DNA from: Macrostomum lignano
Lineage: Eukaryota
DNA: 64,000 nucleotides
NCBI GenBank assembly: GCA_002269645.1
Contig: NIVC01003429.1
Span: 1 to 64,000, forward strand
Direction of reading: 5' to 3'
Position numbers and translations under genes: made by a program. Each line of letters opens with the position of its first letter. The stretch's first letter is position 1. This document shows positions 1 through 10,952 of this stretch, in pieces. Below the pieces are notes generated by a model. It had not been told where the DNA came from. It made no database searches and saw only the letters and a program-made list of their open reading frames with translations.

Positions 1-3000
1 GGCCGCCAGGGTCGTCGATGGGCGGCTCGGTCCGACCCACCCTCTTGAGGTAGCACAGATGAGGGCGCCGCCACCCTCGAGAACGTCGTTCCAGGAAATG
101 ACCACCCCCCCAGGTGCGGATGCGGGCCTGGTGGTGCAGGGGCAGTAGAGCATAAGATGATCGACCGAGTCCGGTTCTCCGCAGTCGGCGCATCGGTCGT
201 TCTGAGCGAGGCCGAACCGAAACAGGGTGTCGCGAGTCAGGGGGGATTTCTTAGTGCGGATTTGGCTGACCGTCACCTGGCCCACCTGGGAAGGTCATCG
301 TGGCCTGGCGTCGGAGTCAGGTGCGGATGCGTGCGGTCCCGCGCAGTTCTCCAATTGGACAGTACGTGGCGGACGGCATTTTTGGCGGAGGCCTGGGAAA
401 GTTGCGCGGTGTTCGGTTCCAATTCTGCAGCTTCGCGGGCGAGGGCGTCCGCCGCCTCGTTACCAGCAATGTCCGCGTGGCCAGGAACCCATTGGAAGTG
501 GAGCCTGGTCTGAGCTGGGAGGTCGGTGATGAGTCGCCAGATCGTGAGGACGAGCGAATTAGTAGAACGGTACGGGCCTTGGTTGATGGCCTGAAGGCCT
601 GATCGTGAGTCGGTACAGATGTGAACCGAGAGCCGCGGTTGCCGATGGTGTCGAGGGTTTGACGTAGGGCTCTTATCGCTGCCTCGATGGCGACCAATTC
701 AGCGTGGGTGCTACTGCACCACTTTCCGGCTGGCTGGCGGATGGACATGCGGAGTGCCTCGATGGATTCGGCAGTGAGGAGAGCACCTCCGCCGGCAGCA
801 GCGCCGTCCGGGCTAACGGAGCCGTCGTCCAGATGGTGCAGTCGGCGCTCGGTAACAGGGCCAAGGTGGCTTCTGCCGCAGCACGGCGGGCCTCCAGTGG
901 GTCGGATCTTTTGGTCGGCCGGGCGAGATCGGTAGCGATGGTGATCGCCTGGTCGGCTAAGTGCCACGGCGGGAGAGCCGGGTAGTGCTGGCGGTCTATG
1001 TCTCCGATGTGGATACCGGCAAGGCTCAGGAGCCACAGGCCTACTCGTCTGAAGCATGGCCGGTGACTCAAGACGATGTCTTCATCGTGGAGGTCCGTGT
1101 CGACGGGCCGGTCCGCTGGGCCTTCACGCTCCCAAGCTTCGTGGGCTCTGTAGCGGAGGCGAGGGGCGACTTGGGCTACCATAAGGGTACGGGCCAGGTC
1201 GTCGTCCGGTAGGCCGAGCAGGCGAATGAATTCGTTTGCGGCTAAGGTTTTGGCTCGGATGCTGAGGGCTGGTAGTCCGGCCTCGGCGAGTAGGCAGCGT
1301 CGTCTCGTGATGCCCAGACAGCCGGTAATAATTCTGGCGCATTTGTTTTGCTCGGCCTCGAGTTTGAGGCGCGCCGTTGGTGCCGCATGATTGAAGTATA
1401 GTGCCGCTCCGTAGTCAAAAACCGACCGTACGTAGGCCATGTAGGCCGCACGTAGGGTGCGACGGTGGGCGCCATAGCTCTTGCCAGCGAGCACTTGGAT
1501 GCATCGACGTCGGTCGGCCATTTTCTGTCGGACTATCTCAGTGTGTGGCGAGAAGGTGAGTTGGTCATCCAGCTTGAGTCCTAGGAATGTCGGCGTGGGG
1601 TCATAGGCGAGGTCGTGGTTTTCAAGTCGCAGAGCGGGTCGGACTTTGCCGCCGCACTCGGTAGGATCGAGGGTAAAGGTTGAGTAGGCACACTTGGAGT
1701 GGCTGAGGCTCACTTTCCATTTACGGGTCCAGGCAGCCGCTTGGTCAAGGGCGGGTTGCAGTTTGTCGGCGCAGGCAGCGAGGGAGCGTCCTGTGGCAAG
1801 TAGCGCGGTATCGTCTGCGAAAAGTGAGCGGTGTACGTTCTCGGCCATCTCGGCATCAATGTCGTAGGCATATATAAGCCAAAGGAGGGGGCGATCACGG
1901 ATCCTTGCGGGAGGCCGTCCGTGAAAACTCTCCAGTTCGAGGTCGCACTGCCCCATCTAACACGTGCACGACGGTCTGCAAGGAAGTTTCTCAGGTACCG
2001 AATCAGGTGCTTGGGAATACCCAGCCGGGCCATCTTGGCGTACAGGGCTGGTCGCCACACTTTATCGTATGCCTTAGCGAAGTCCAGGAGGACGAGGTAG
2101 CTCTCTCCGGTTTTCTCTGTTCGAAGGCGTCAAAGATGGCTTGGGTAATGCGGGCGAGCTGGTCCATGGTCGAGTGGCCTCGTCGGAAACCCGCTTGGTT
2201 CCGGTTGAGGAGGCCTCTGGTGTCCAGCCAGTGATAGAGTCTGTTTTGTAAGAGGCGCTCCATGAGTTTGCTGACGCAGCTAAGGAGAGATATAGGTCGG
2301 TAGGAGCTAGTGGCGCTCGGGTCTTTGTCTTTTTTCAGGATGGCGATGATTTCGGCCCGGCGCCAGGCAGTTGGGACTGAGCCAGTGAGCAGCTACGGTT
2401 TAGTAGTTCCAGGAGGGCGTTCCGGCCTGCGTCGCCGAGTTGTTTGAGGAGTTCGTTGCAGACGCCGTCGGTTCCTGGTGATTTGCCAGTCTTGAGTTGA
2501 CGGATCGCGACGTTGAGTTCGCCGATATTGAAAGGGCTGCAGATCTCCGTCCTCAGTCCGTTGCAGGGGCAGTCGTTGGTGTTGCTCGCCTTGTGTGCCT
2601 CGATGACGACGGGTCTGTCTTCTGGTCTAGACTTTGGGAGCCGGGAGACCGTCGCGTAGTCGGCGCAGAATAGTTCGGCTTTCTCTTTATCCGTGATGGC
2701 TTTGGCGGGTGGATTCCCGGGATCGTGGTTCTTGGTGAAGATAGTCGAGGGGGTGGCGGTCGGTCGTCGGCCGTCTTGGATCTTGATGAGGCGCCATAGA
2801 CTGTCATTTGGCGACAGGTTCGAGACCGCTTCTCGGAAGTGTAGGGTTTTCTCCTCCTGGATGACTCGCTCGGCAGTGGCCTTAGCGTCCTGGTACGCTT
2901 GGAGGGCCTGGGTATCCAGGGGGGCGGTCTGAACAGCCAGGCGTGCCGCTTCGCGGAGGTCGACAGCAGCTTGGCATTTCTCGTTTCAAAAAGGCGATCT

Positions 3001-4084
3001 CTGTCTGGGGCCGTCTCCGTAGGGATAGATGACCTAGCGGCCTTCAAAATAGAGTCGGTGAGGGCTCGGTTGACGCTTTCGATGTGTGTGGGCGCTTGGA
3101 TGTCGATTTGCTTGAGAAGTTCGTCAGATTTTTTGCGGAACGCTGACCAGTCGGCTTTTTTGAAATTGAAACGGCCCCTGCGGGATCGTTGGTGCGGGGG
3201 CGATTTCGTGGAGATCTTGATCCAGATAGGGAGGTGATCTGATCCGACATCGCCCCTGTCTGCCAGGTGGTCCTGCCGGCCAGGTCGGCCGTGGCAAAGG
3301 TGACGTCCGGGGTTGATCGGCCTCCGGTGGCTGGGTTAATGCGAGTGCAGCTGCCGTCGTTGAGCAGAGCCAAGTTCAGGCGGCAGCTCCAGTCGTCTAG
3401 TTTTTGGCCTAGTGTGTCTTTGCGCTGGTGGTGGTCCCAGGCGGTCGCGTGGGCATTGAAGTCGCCTGCCACGATCGAGTTGGGGCCTACCGCAAGGGCC
3501 TCTGGGTTCATGTTTTGCTCGGGGGTGTTGTCCCTGAGGGCTCTAGTGGCCGGCGGCGAGTAGACGTTGATCAGCACGATGGGCTTGCTCGAAGTAGACG
3601 GGTAGATCGAGGTGGAGCTGCAGAAAGTGAGTTGGTCGGCAGGAGATTGGTACGGATTGTTGTGGGGTTCGAAAGGGACATCGTCACGAACGAGCGTGAG
3701 GATGCCCCCTTGGTTCGGCTGTCCGCGGCGTTGGTCCGGGTTCTCGTAGTCGAGGCGGGCTGTGGCGTTGTAGCCTGAGAACTTTGGTGGGCGGGAGCTC
3801 GGTCGCAGGAAAGTTTCTTGAAGAAGGACCGCGTGGGGTTTGAGTCGGTCTAGGGTGGCGGCGAGCTCGGTCGTTCTCGCTCCGAGGCCATTGCAGTTAA
3901 GTTGGAGGATAACAATGTCGGTGGGCTTTTGGGTCAAGTCCGGTTCGGTTCTGTCGGTCTGACTGGTCGTGGTTTTGTCATTGTTGGCGTTAGGGCTCTG
4001 GGCGGCAGTTTGGCGTTGGCGGTGATCGCAGTGTTGGGGCGTCTCGGCCGTGCCTGGTGGGCTGGAGCTGTTCGGCGTGCGGTT

Positions 4085-4234
4085 ACAGGCTTCACAGACC
4101 CAGTTACTACCTTGTCTGGCGAGTCTCCTAATTTCAGTGTTGCTGATGTTAATACAGGCTCCGTGGGACCACGTGCGGCAGCAGGTGCACTCGAGGGCAC
4201 TGACTCTGCCGACGTTTCGTCCGCATGATCCACA
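4085..4234 (-). other. PHD finger (C4HC3) in the retrotransposon polyprotein
   Basis: CGSC-x11-CTCC-x4-H-x2-C-x19(ending WV)-CEAC, directly after the 2A proline. Confidence 0.85.
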
Positions 4235-4243
4235 CGGCCAGGT

Positions 4244-4342
4244 GGGTCCCGGATTGGGCTCGACGTCTCCGGCTCGGAGGACCAGGGACGCGAGGGCCAG
4301 GCAGGTGAGGGCCGGGACCAGGATGGTGAGCGACGTTCTCAT
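4244..4342 (-). other. 2A-like ribosomal skipping (StopGo) peptide at the polyprotein N-terminus
   Basis: ATG at 4342 gives MRTSLTILVPALTCLALASLVLRAGDVEPNPG|P, an exact match to the D(V/I)ExNPG|P consensus with an upstream hydrophobic helix. Confidence 0.85.
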
Positions 4343-4416
4343 GGGCGGAGGCTTCCCCCTGAAGCGGCCGGTAGTGCAGGCCGCAGGTGGCAGTCTCCAA
4401 AAGAGGTGAGTGTGAC

Positions 4417-4484
4417 TAGGACAATTGGCACAGAGGGAGGCCTCTGTGGCGCCGCCCCCACGGGAAGGGTGTCCTATTGACGAC
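4417..4484 (-). ncRNA. HDV-like (CPEB3-type) self-cleaving ribozyme at the retrotransposon 5' end
   Basis: Minus strand reads GUCGUC-AA-UAGGACA-CCC-UUCCCGU-GGG-GGCGGC-G-C-CACAGAGG-CCUC-CCUCUGUG-C-CAAU-UGUCCUA. This gives P1 (6 bp, 2 G-U), P2 (7 bp perfect), P3 (3 bp), L3 UUCCCGU, 1-bp P1.1, P4 (8 bp perfect), and candidate catalytic C at 4428 in J4/2 CCAAU, in nested double-pseudoknot order. Folded by hand. Confidence 0.82.
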
Positions 4485-5142
4485 TGTAGCTCTGCTGCCT
4501 CTGCATCCACCTGTACATTTGAGCTCGTTTTTTAACCTGTAATATGCTCAGTAATAAATACCCTTCTTGAAGTGCGGTCTAGCTGGTTCTGTTTTCGATT
4601 ATTTTGGTGTTAGATTAATGTTCTCTGGGATCTAAATGTGTGAGATCGGTGAGATCTGCAGGTATTAGAGGTGGTGAGATCTCCAGGTGTGAGAGGTGTG
4701 GGATCTGGGGATCTACAGAAAGAAAATGAAAGGTTAACAAGAGCTGCTTGAAATGATTGTCACACCAAAAATTTGGCCCACCTGTGTAAAAAGAAAGAAT
4801 AATCGAGTTGAAGGCTTATTCGTTGTTTTTGTGACACTTTTCTCGAGAGGAATACATGACTAGACTCACACCAATGCTCCTTGCTTTTTTGACACCGTCA
4901 GTTATCACTTTTCATTGACAAACTAATTGTCATGTTGCTTCAGCAATTGCAGGCCAATAGCGTACTTGAGAAAAAGTAGAATTGTTCCGCAAAAACATTT
5001 CTCACCATGCCTGTCTCCATCCACAGCTGATGTGAGAATTGCAGAATCCAATAAGAAACTGCTCACTCCGAGCAGAAATATTCTGCTGACTCTCGCAGGT
5101 CTCAGCATAAATTCTCCTTTGCAGCCTCTGGCCTCAGCAGCG

Positions 5143-6147
5143 ATGCCTCATCCGCAGTCCGCAGCAGCCGTGGCCTGGGCCTTCAGCGCCCTGATTCTGC
5201 TGGCCGGGCGGAGCGGCAGCCAGCAGCAGTGTCCCATGGGCTTCAGGCAGGTCAGCAGCGGCTCCCTGTGCATCCGCAGCGCCTTCACCCGCACGCTGGC
5301 CGGCATCGCATCGGAGCTGCAGTGCTCCATCGAGTGCGGCAGAGAGCCGAGCTGCCAGGCCTTCACCACGGCCGACGGTCCGTGCCAGCTGTTCTTGTTC
5401 GACAGGTGCAGCAAGTCGGTGCGGGACTGCGGCTGCTCCCGGAGAGGCCGCCTGTTCGTGAAGCGGCAGCCGGGACTCGAGCCGGGCGCGCTGTGCCCGC
5501 CTGGCTACGGAAATGAGCTGTGCGGAGTGAAGTACCGCACCATCAGCACCACCGCATCCTGGTCAGCCCAGAAGCTCAGGTGCGAGACGGATAATGTGGC
5601 AGGTTCAGGGGGGGGGGGCTATTCCTAATTGTGCGGTGTGGTTGTGGAATCAATGCAGGATTCTCTGCTGCCTGAGGCTTTGCAATATCTGCTGGTGAGG
5701 GTCCATTCCCAAGGTACGAGTGTGCAGCGTGGATGGCTTTGCCTGCGTACGTGTGCTTAGGGGTCGGGTGCTTAGGGGTCAGGAGAAGCGGTCAGCCTCC
5801 GTAACTGCCTGAACTGACAGGTGCGAGTCGGATTCCGGCCTGGCGATGCTGGCCGACGTCACTGACTCGCCTGAGAAGAGCCACGTGGAAGCCATGTACA
5901 CTGCGCTCAGCCCGGGAGTCGCTGTCTACCTGGGCGGCTACCGCATGTTTCGTGGGCCGCTCAGACCGACGGCTGGCTCTGGGCGGCCTGCAACATCACG
6001 GTGGACAAGAGGGTCTGGGCCGCTGGCGAACCCACTGATTTTGAGGAGAAGGCCATGGCTCGACACACAACACTACGGAAGCTGGTGGACATCACAGATT
6101 CGGGAGCCTACGGCGCCCTCTGTGAGTGCGTGTCACCTTTTGACTGA
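5143..6147 (+). CDS. Secreted PAN/apple-domain + C-type-lectin-like protein; 2 exons (5143-5579, 5821-6147); one frameshift near 5943
   Basis: Signal-peptide-like MPHPQSAAAVAWAFSALILLAGRSGS. PAN-like SELQCSIECGREPSCQAFT..PCQL. The GT(5580)-AG(5820) phase-2 intron joins in frame to RCESDSGLAMLADV..VYLGGY. After a 1-nt shift the frame reads QTDGWLW..WAAGEP..LVDI..ALCEC, then TGA at 6145-6147 (CTLD-like W-x-W, GEP, D, CE pattern). The frameshift may be an assembly error or pseudogenisation. Confidence 0.72.
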
Positions 6148-6502
6148 TCGAGCTGGGTGACCTGATCTTGAAGCAATGTGTGAATTCCTTTCTTTGTTTA
6201 ACAGTCCCAGTCCTTGACGTATTGAGTCTTCATTTGTGACCCGCCTTGGCTACCTTGATGAAACTTGCGCTCAGTACTACTCGCGCGCCCAAGCTGTCTA
6301 AGTAGCACAGGCAGCGTTTTTTTTTATAATTAAATTCTGAAGAAAAGCAGGAAATTCGCAATAACAGCCGGATTTCTCCTACTTCTCGTTTGAAAACTTG
6401 TTTTCGTTTTGAAAAAGGAGCAGCTGGAGGGCAGACGCGAAACTGCTTCCTGTTGCGCTTTAATTAATTCCAGTTTTTTGAATACATTTTTCAAAGCAAG
6501 TA

Positions 6503-6880
6503 GCCAAGGAGCTCTAGGCCTAGAGTCTGGAAATAGGCAACTGCTACCTGAAGCCAAGGAGCTCTAGGCCTAGAGTCTGGAAATAGGCAACTGCTACCTG
6601 AAGCCAAGGAGCTCTAAGCCTAGAGTCTGGAAATAGGCAACTGCTACCTGAAGCCAAGGAGCTCTAGGCCTAGAGTCTGGAAATAGGCAACTGCTACCTG
6701 AAGCCAAGGAGCTCTAGGCCTAGAGTCTGGAAATAGGCTACGGCTACCTGAAGCCAAGGAGCTCTAGGCCTAGAGTCTGGAAATAGGCTACGGCTACCTG
6801 AAGCCAAGGAGCTCTAAGCCTAGAGCCTGGAAATAGGCTACTGCTACCTGAAGCCAAGGAGCTCTAGGCCTAGAGTCTGG
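6503..6880. repeat. 50-nt minisatellite, ~7.5 copies
   Basis: Unit gccaaggagctctaggcctagagtctggaaataggcaactgctacctgaa. Confidence 0.97.
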
Positions 6881-7261
6881 CCAGAAAACAGTCTATAGCT
6901 TAGTAATCCATGATCTAGCTGTTTAGTTTAGCAACAATAATTGATGTGCGCGCTGACCCGGACTCGACAACAAAAAATTGAGTTATTTTTGTCTGCCTAA
7001 TTCTGCATTTCTCAGCGACCCAACCCGCGTTAAATCCAGTTTTCTTGGCTCGGCAATTGCGCAGGGCCGCCAAAATTGCGCGCCAAAAAGTGAAAATGAA
7101 AATCCGAAACGAGTTCCGCTTAGTTTGAATCAGACACCGTCAGCGCTCAGTCCTCTGCCGCTCTCAGACCCCAAAAGTACACCTTGTACTTGTTTCCTTC
7201 AATCTGATTTTTCAAATCAAATGAAGAATTTCAATTGTGGGCCTGCAGTTTTCAGAAGCAC

Positions 7262-7505
7262 GGGGTGTCATGCAGTGTCAGATTGGGTGTCAGGGAGTGT
7301 CAGAATGGGTGTCAGGGAGTGTCAGATTGGGTGTCAGGGAGTGTCAGATTGGGTGTCATGGAGTGTCAGATTGGGTGTCAGGGAGTGTCAGATTGGGTGT
7401 CAGGGAGTGTCAGAATGGGTGTCAGGGAGTGTCAGATTGGGTGTCAGGGAGTGCCAGATTGGGTGTCAGGGAGTGCCAGATTGGGTGTCAGTGAGTGCCC
7501 GATTG
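7262..7505. repeat. 22-nt minisatellite, ~11 copies
   Basis: Unit gtgtcagattgggtgtcaggga. Confidence 0.95.
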
Positions 7506-7527
7506 TGTGTTATGGTGTATTTTGGAA

Positions 7528-8918
7528 GTGAACTATGTCAGACAGTGAATTGTGTCAGGCAGTGAATTGTGTCAGGCAGTGAATTGTGTCAGGCAGTGAA
7601 TTGTGTCAGGCAGTGAATTGTGTCAGGCAGTGAATTGTGTCAGGCAGTGAATTGTGTCAGGCAGTGAATTGTGTCAGGCAGTGAATTGTGTCAGGAAGTG
7701 AATTGTGTCAGGCAGTGAATTGTGTCAGGCAGTGAACTGTGTCAGGAAGTGAATTGTGTCAGGCAGTGAATTGTGTCAGGCAGTGAACTGTGTCAGGCAG
7801 TGAATTGTGTCAGGCAGTGAATTGTGTCAGGCAGTGAATTGTGTCAGGCAGTGAATTGTGTCAGGCAGTGAATTGTGTCAGGCAGTGAATTGTGTCAGGC
7901 AGTGAACTGTGTCAGGCAGTGAATTGTGTCAGGCAGTGAATTGTGTCAGGCAGTGAATTGTGTCAGGAAGTGAATTGTGTCAGGCAGTGAATTGTGTCAG
8001 GCAGTGAACTGTGTCAGGCAGTGAATTGTGTCAGGCAGTGAATTGTGTCAGGCAGTGAATTATGTCAGGCAGTGAGTCAGGAAGTGAATTGTGTCAGGCA
8101 GTTGACTATGTCAGAAAGTGAATTTTGTCAGGTAGTGAATTATGTCAGGCAGTGAATTGTGTCAGGCAGTGAATTATGTCAGGCAGTGAATTGTGTCAGG
8201 CAGTGAATTGTGTCAGGCAGTGAACTGTGTCAGGCAGTGAATTGTGTCAGGCAGTGAATTGTGTCAGGCAGTGAATTATGTCAGGCCGTGAATTTCGTCA
8301 GGCAGTGAATTGTGTCAGGAAGTGAATTATGTCAGGCAGTGAATTGTGTCAGGAAGTGAATTGTGTCAGGCAGTTGACTATGTCAGAAAGTGAATTTTGT
8401 CAGGTAGTGAATTATGTCAGGCAGTGAATTGTGTCAGGCAGTGAATTATGTCAGGCAGTGAATTGTGTCAGGCAGTTGACTATGTCAGGAAGTGAATTTT
8501 GTCAAGCAGTTGACTATGTCAGGAAGTGAATTGTGTCAGGCAGTTGACTATGTCAGGAAGTGAATTGTGTCAGGCAGTTGACTATTTCAGAAAGTGAATT
8601 TTGTCAGGTAGTGAACTATGTCAGGCAGTGAATTGTGTCAGGAAGTGAATTGTGTCAGGCAGGGAATTTTGTCAGGCAGTGAATTGTGTCAGGCAGTGAA
8701 TTGTGTCAGGCAGTGAACTGTGTCAGGCAGTGAACTGTGTCAGGCAGTGAATTGTGTCAGGCAGTGAATTGTGTCAGGCAGTGAATTATGTCAGGCCGTG
8801 AATTTCGTCAGGCAGTGAATTGTGTCAGGAAGTGAATTATGTCAGGCAGTGAATTGTGTCAGGAAGTGAATTGTGTCAGGCAGTTGACTATTTCAGAAAG
8901 TGAATTTTGTCAGGTAGT
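7528..8918. repeat. 17-nt minisatellite, ~80 copies
   Basis: Unit gtgaattgtgtcaggca with recurring variants. Confidence 0.97.
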
Positions 8919-9468
8919 AGCTCGTAAATCTTCCCTCAGTCTGATTAGTCACGTGAGAAGCTATTTCAAGCCCCAATGATTTAAGCAGTTCGCGGTCAGA
9001 GCTGATTGCATAACAAGCCGCACATCTGTGACAGTCTGAGTCACACAGGCGCCGAGTAGGATTACAACTTTCTGTGTGGGATTTTGGGGGCACAGGGAGC
9101 GGGGATTTCTGCTGCCAAGTCTCGGCTGCTGTTGCAGTTGACTTTGAGAGCTCCTCCTGCTCTCCTGCTTTCAGTCACTAGTGCTGGTGAGTCACCGCTC
9201 AGAGCTCTCATTCAGTGACGACCCCCTCCCACGCTTGACAACCAATTATCTCTGTGAGGGTGCCAAATGTGACAACTCTGCCTGTCTACAGCCACTGCTG
9301 GGCTCAACCTGGACGACTTATAGGGGGGAATGTTTAGTATAATATCTCTGATTGACAGGTGAATGACCACTCACTGACAATGAATTTTGCCAAATTTCTG
9401 TCTGACTCAAGCTACCGTAAAAATTACATCCTAATGAATAAATTCCGGAATTATAAAAAAAAGACATT

Positions 9469-10212
9469 AGACAGATACAGACTCTCTGACAGACGGATAC
9501 AGATTCATTGACAGACAGATACAGACTCTGACAGATACAGACTCGTTGACAGACAGATACAGACTCGCTGACAGACAGATACAGACTCGTTGACAGACAG
9601 ATACAGACTCGCTGACAGACAGATACAGACTCGTTGACAGACAGATACAGACTCGTTGACAGACAGATACAGACTCGTTGACAGACAGATACAGACTCGC
9701 TGACAGACAGATACAGACTCGTTGACAGACAGATACAGACTCGCTGACAGACAGATACAGACTCGTTGACAGACAGATACAGACTCGTTGACAGACAGAT
9801 ACAGACTCGTTGACAGACAGATACAGACTCGTTGACAGACAGATACAGACTCGTTGACAGACAGATACAGACTCGCTGACAGACAGATACAGACTCGTTG
9901 ACAGACAGATAAAGAATCGCTGACAGACAGATACAGACTCATTGACAGACAGATACAGACTCGTTGACAGACAGATACAGACTCACTGACAGACAGATAC
10001 AGACTCGCTGACAGACAGATACAGACTCGCTGACAGACAGATAAAGAATCGCTGACAGACAGATACAGACTCGCTGACAGACAGATACAGACTCGCTGAC
10101 AGACAGATAAAGAATCGCTGACAGACAGATACAGACTCATTGACAGACAGATACAGACTCGTTGACAGACAGATACAGACTCACTGACAGACAGATACAG
10201 ACTCGCTGACAG
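9469..10212. repeat. 22-nt minisatellite, ~34 copies
   Basis: Unit gacagacagatacagactcg(t/c)t. Confidence 0.97.
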
Positions 10213-10952
10213 TCACAATGAAATCCCAACTCATTTTGGTTTCCAATTCAGTCAGTCAAATATGAATCATACGCGGATTCCCTCATCAGATTTCAGTGAG
10301 GCCAGCCTCCCCACACGGAAGCCTCGCCATCCGACTCGGCTCCAGGGTGACTCAAACCATTTTTGCTAAAAGCCAACGGGAGACAGACGGAAAGAAAAAG
10401 AAATTCAAGAATGACACGCTCATCGGAGCAAAGGATTTGCCTCACTCAGCTCAGGAGTGGCTCGCTGGTCTATTCTTTGACACTTTCACTGGCAGCCACT
10501 GGGACAGACAGGCAGGAGCTCAGGTGAGTCCGGTGCATGAGCAGGCCTCCCCGTGTCAGTCTGACTCGTCACCCGCTATAGTCACTGGCGGATTATCGGG
10601 GCGGCAAATTTAGCCCGGGTGACTAAGAGACCTGCAAACACTGGGGCGGTGGGGAGGCGGGGAAGTCAGGGGGGAGGAAGAAAATGCTACAAATTCTCCC
10701 CATGGCTATCGCCATTGAAACAGGCAATGCGGGGGGGGGGGTCGTCCGCCCCCCTCCGCGTCTCCTCACTCGCTTTTCTCCCGACTTCCCCCTCACGGCT
10801 CAGGTGGGGGAGGCGGTCGCCAGGCTGGCAGCTGCTTTCAGCGGCGCCCCCTGCTCTCCCCGCCGTCTGAGCTGCTTTTTTGGGCGGCAGGGACTTCTGT
10901 TGGAAGGAATCTGGATTGGAGGCCCGGCTGGGTGACGCGGTGCAGTTTGAGA

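Larger units (their letters stand above)
1..4484 (-). mobile_element. APE-type non-LTR retrotransposon (I superfamily, most consistent with Ingi clade), 5'-complete, 3' end outside window; single polyprotein 2A-PHD-APE-RT-RNaseH-CCHC interrupted by frameshifts
   Basis: Minus-strand translation, switching frame at single-base indels. APE motifs: IVILQLNCNGL, LLQETFL, VAGDFNAH, STPDVTF, GSDHLP (~3916-3215). RT motifs: KSPGTDGV, YRPISLLSCVSKLMER, QAGFRRGHST, LLDFAKAYDKV, GLPQGSVIAP, LFADDTAL (~2500-1560). RNase H motifs: WT(D)GS, SSTHAELVAI, FQWVPGHADIAGNEAADALA (~850-430). C-terminal CADCGEPDSVDHLMLYC, a CX2CX7HX4C knuckle (192-142). Clade assignment rests on domain architecture only. Confidence 0.93.

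Noticed and set aside
157-4409. Plus-strand ORFs over the retrotransposon
   Set aside because: Antisense shadows with no domain content; the minus strand carries all conserved motifs.
4343-4510. N-terminal extension of ORF 3044-4510 from GTG 4510
   Set aside because: It runs through and upstream of the predicted ribozyme cleavage site; ATG 4342 before the 2A peptide is the more plausible start.
4927-5142. N-terminal extension of ORF 4927-5628
   Set aside because: Non-ATG start, AT-rich non-coding composition and a splice acceptor at 5124; the signal peptide begins at ATG 5143.
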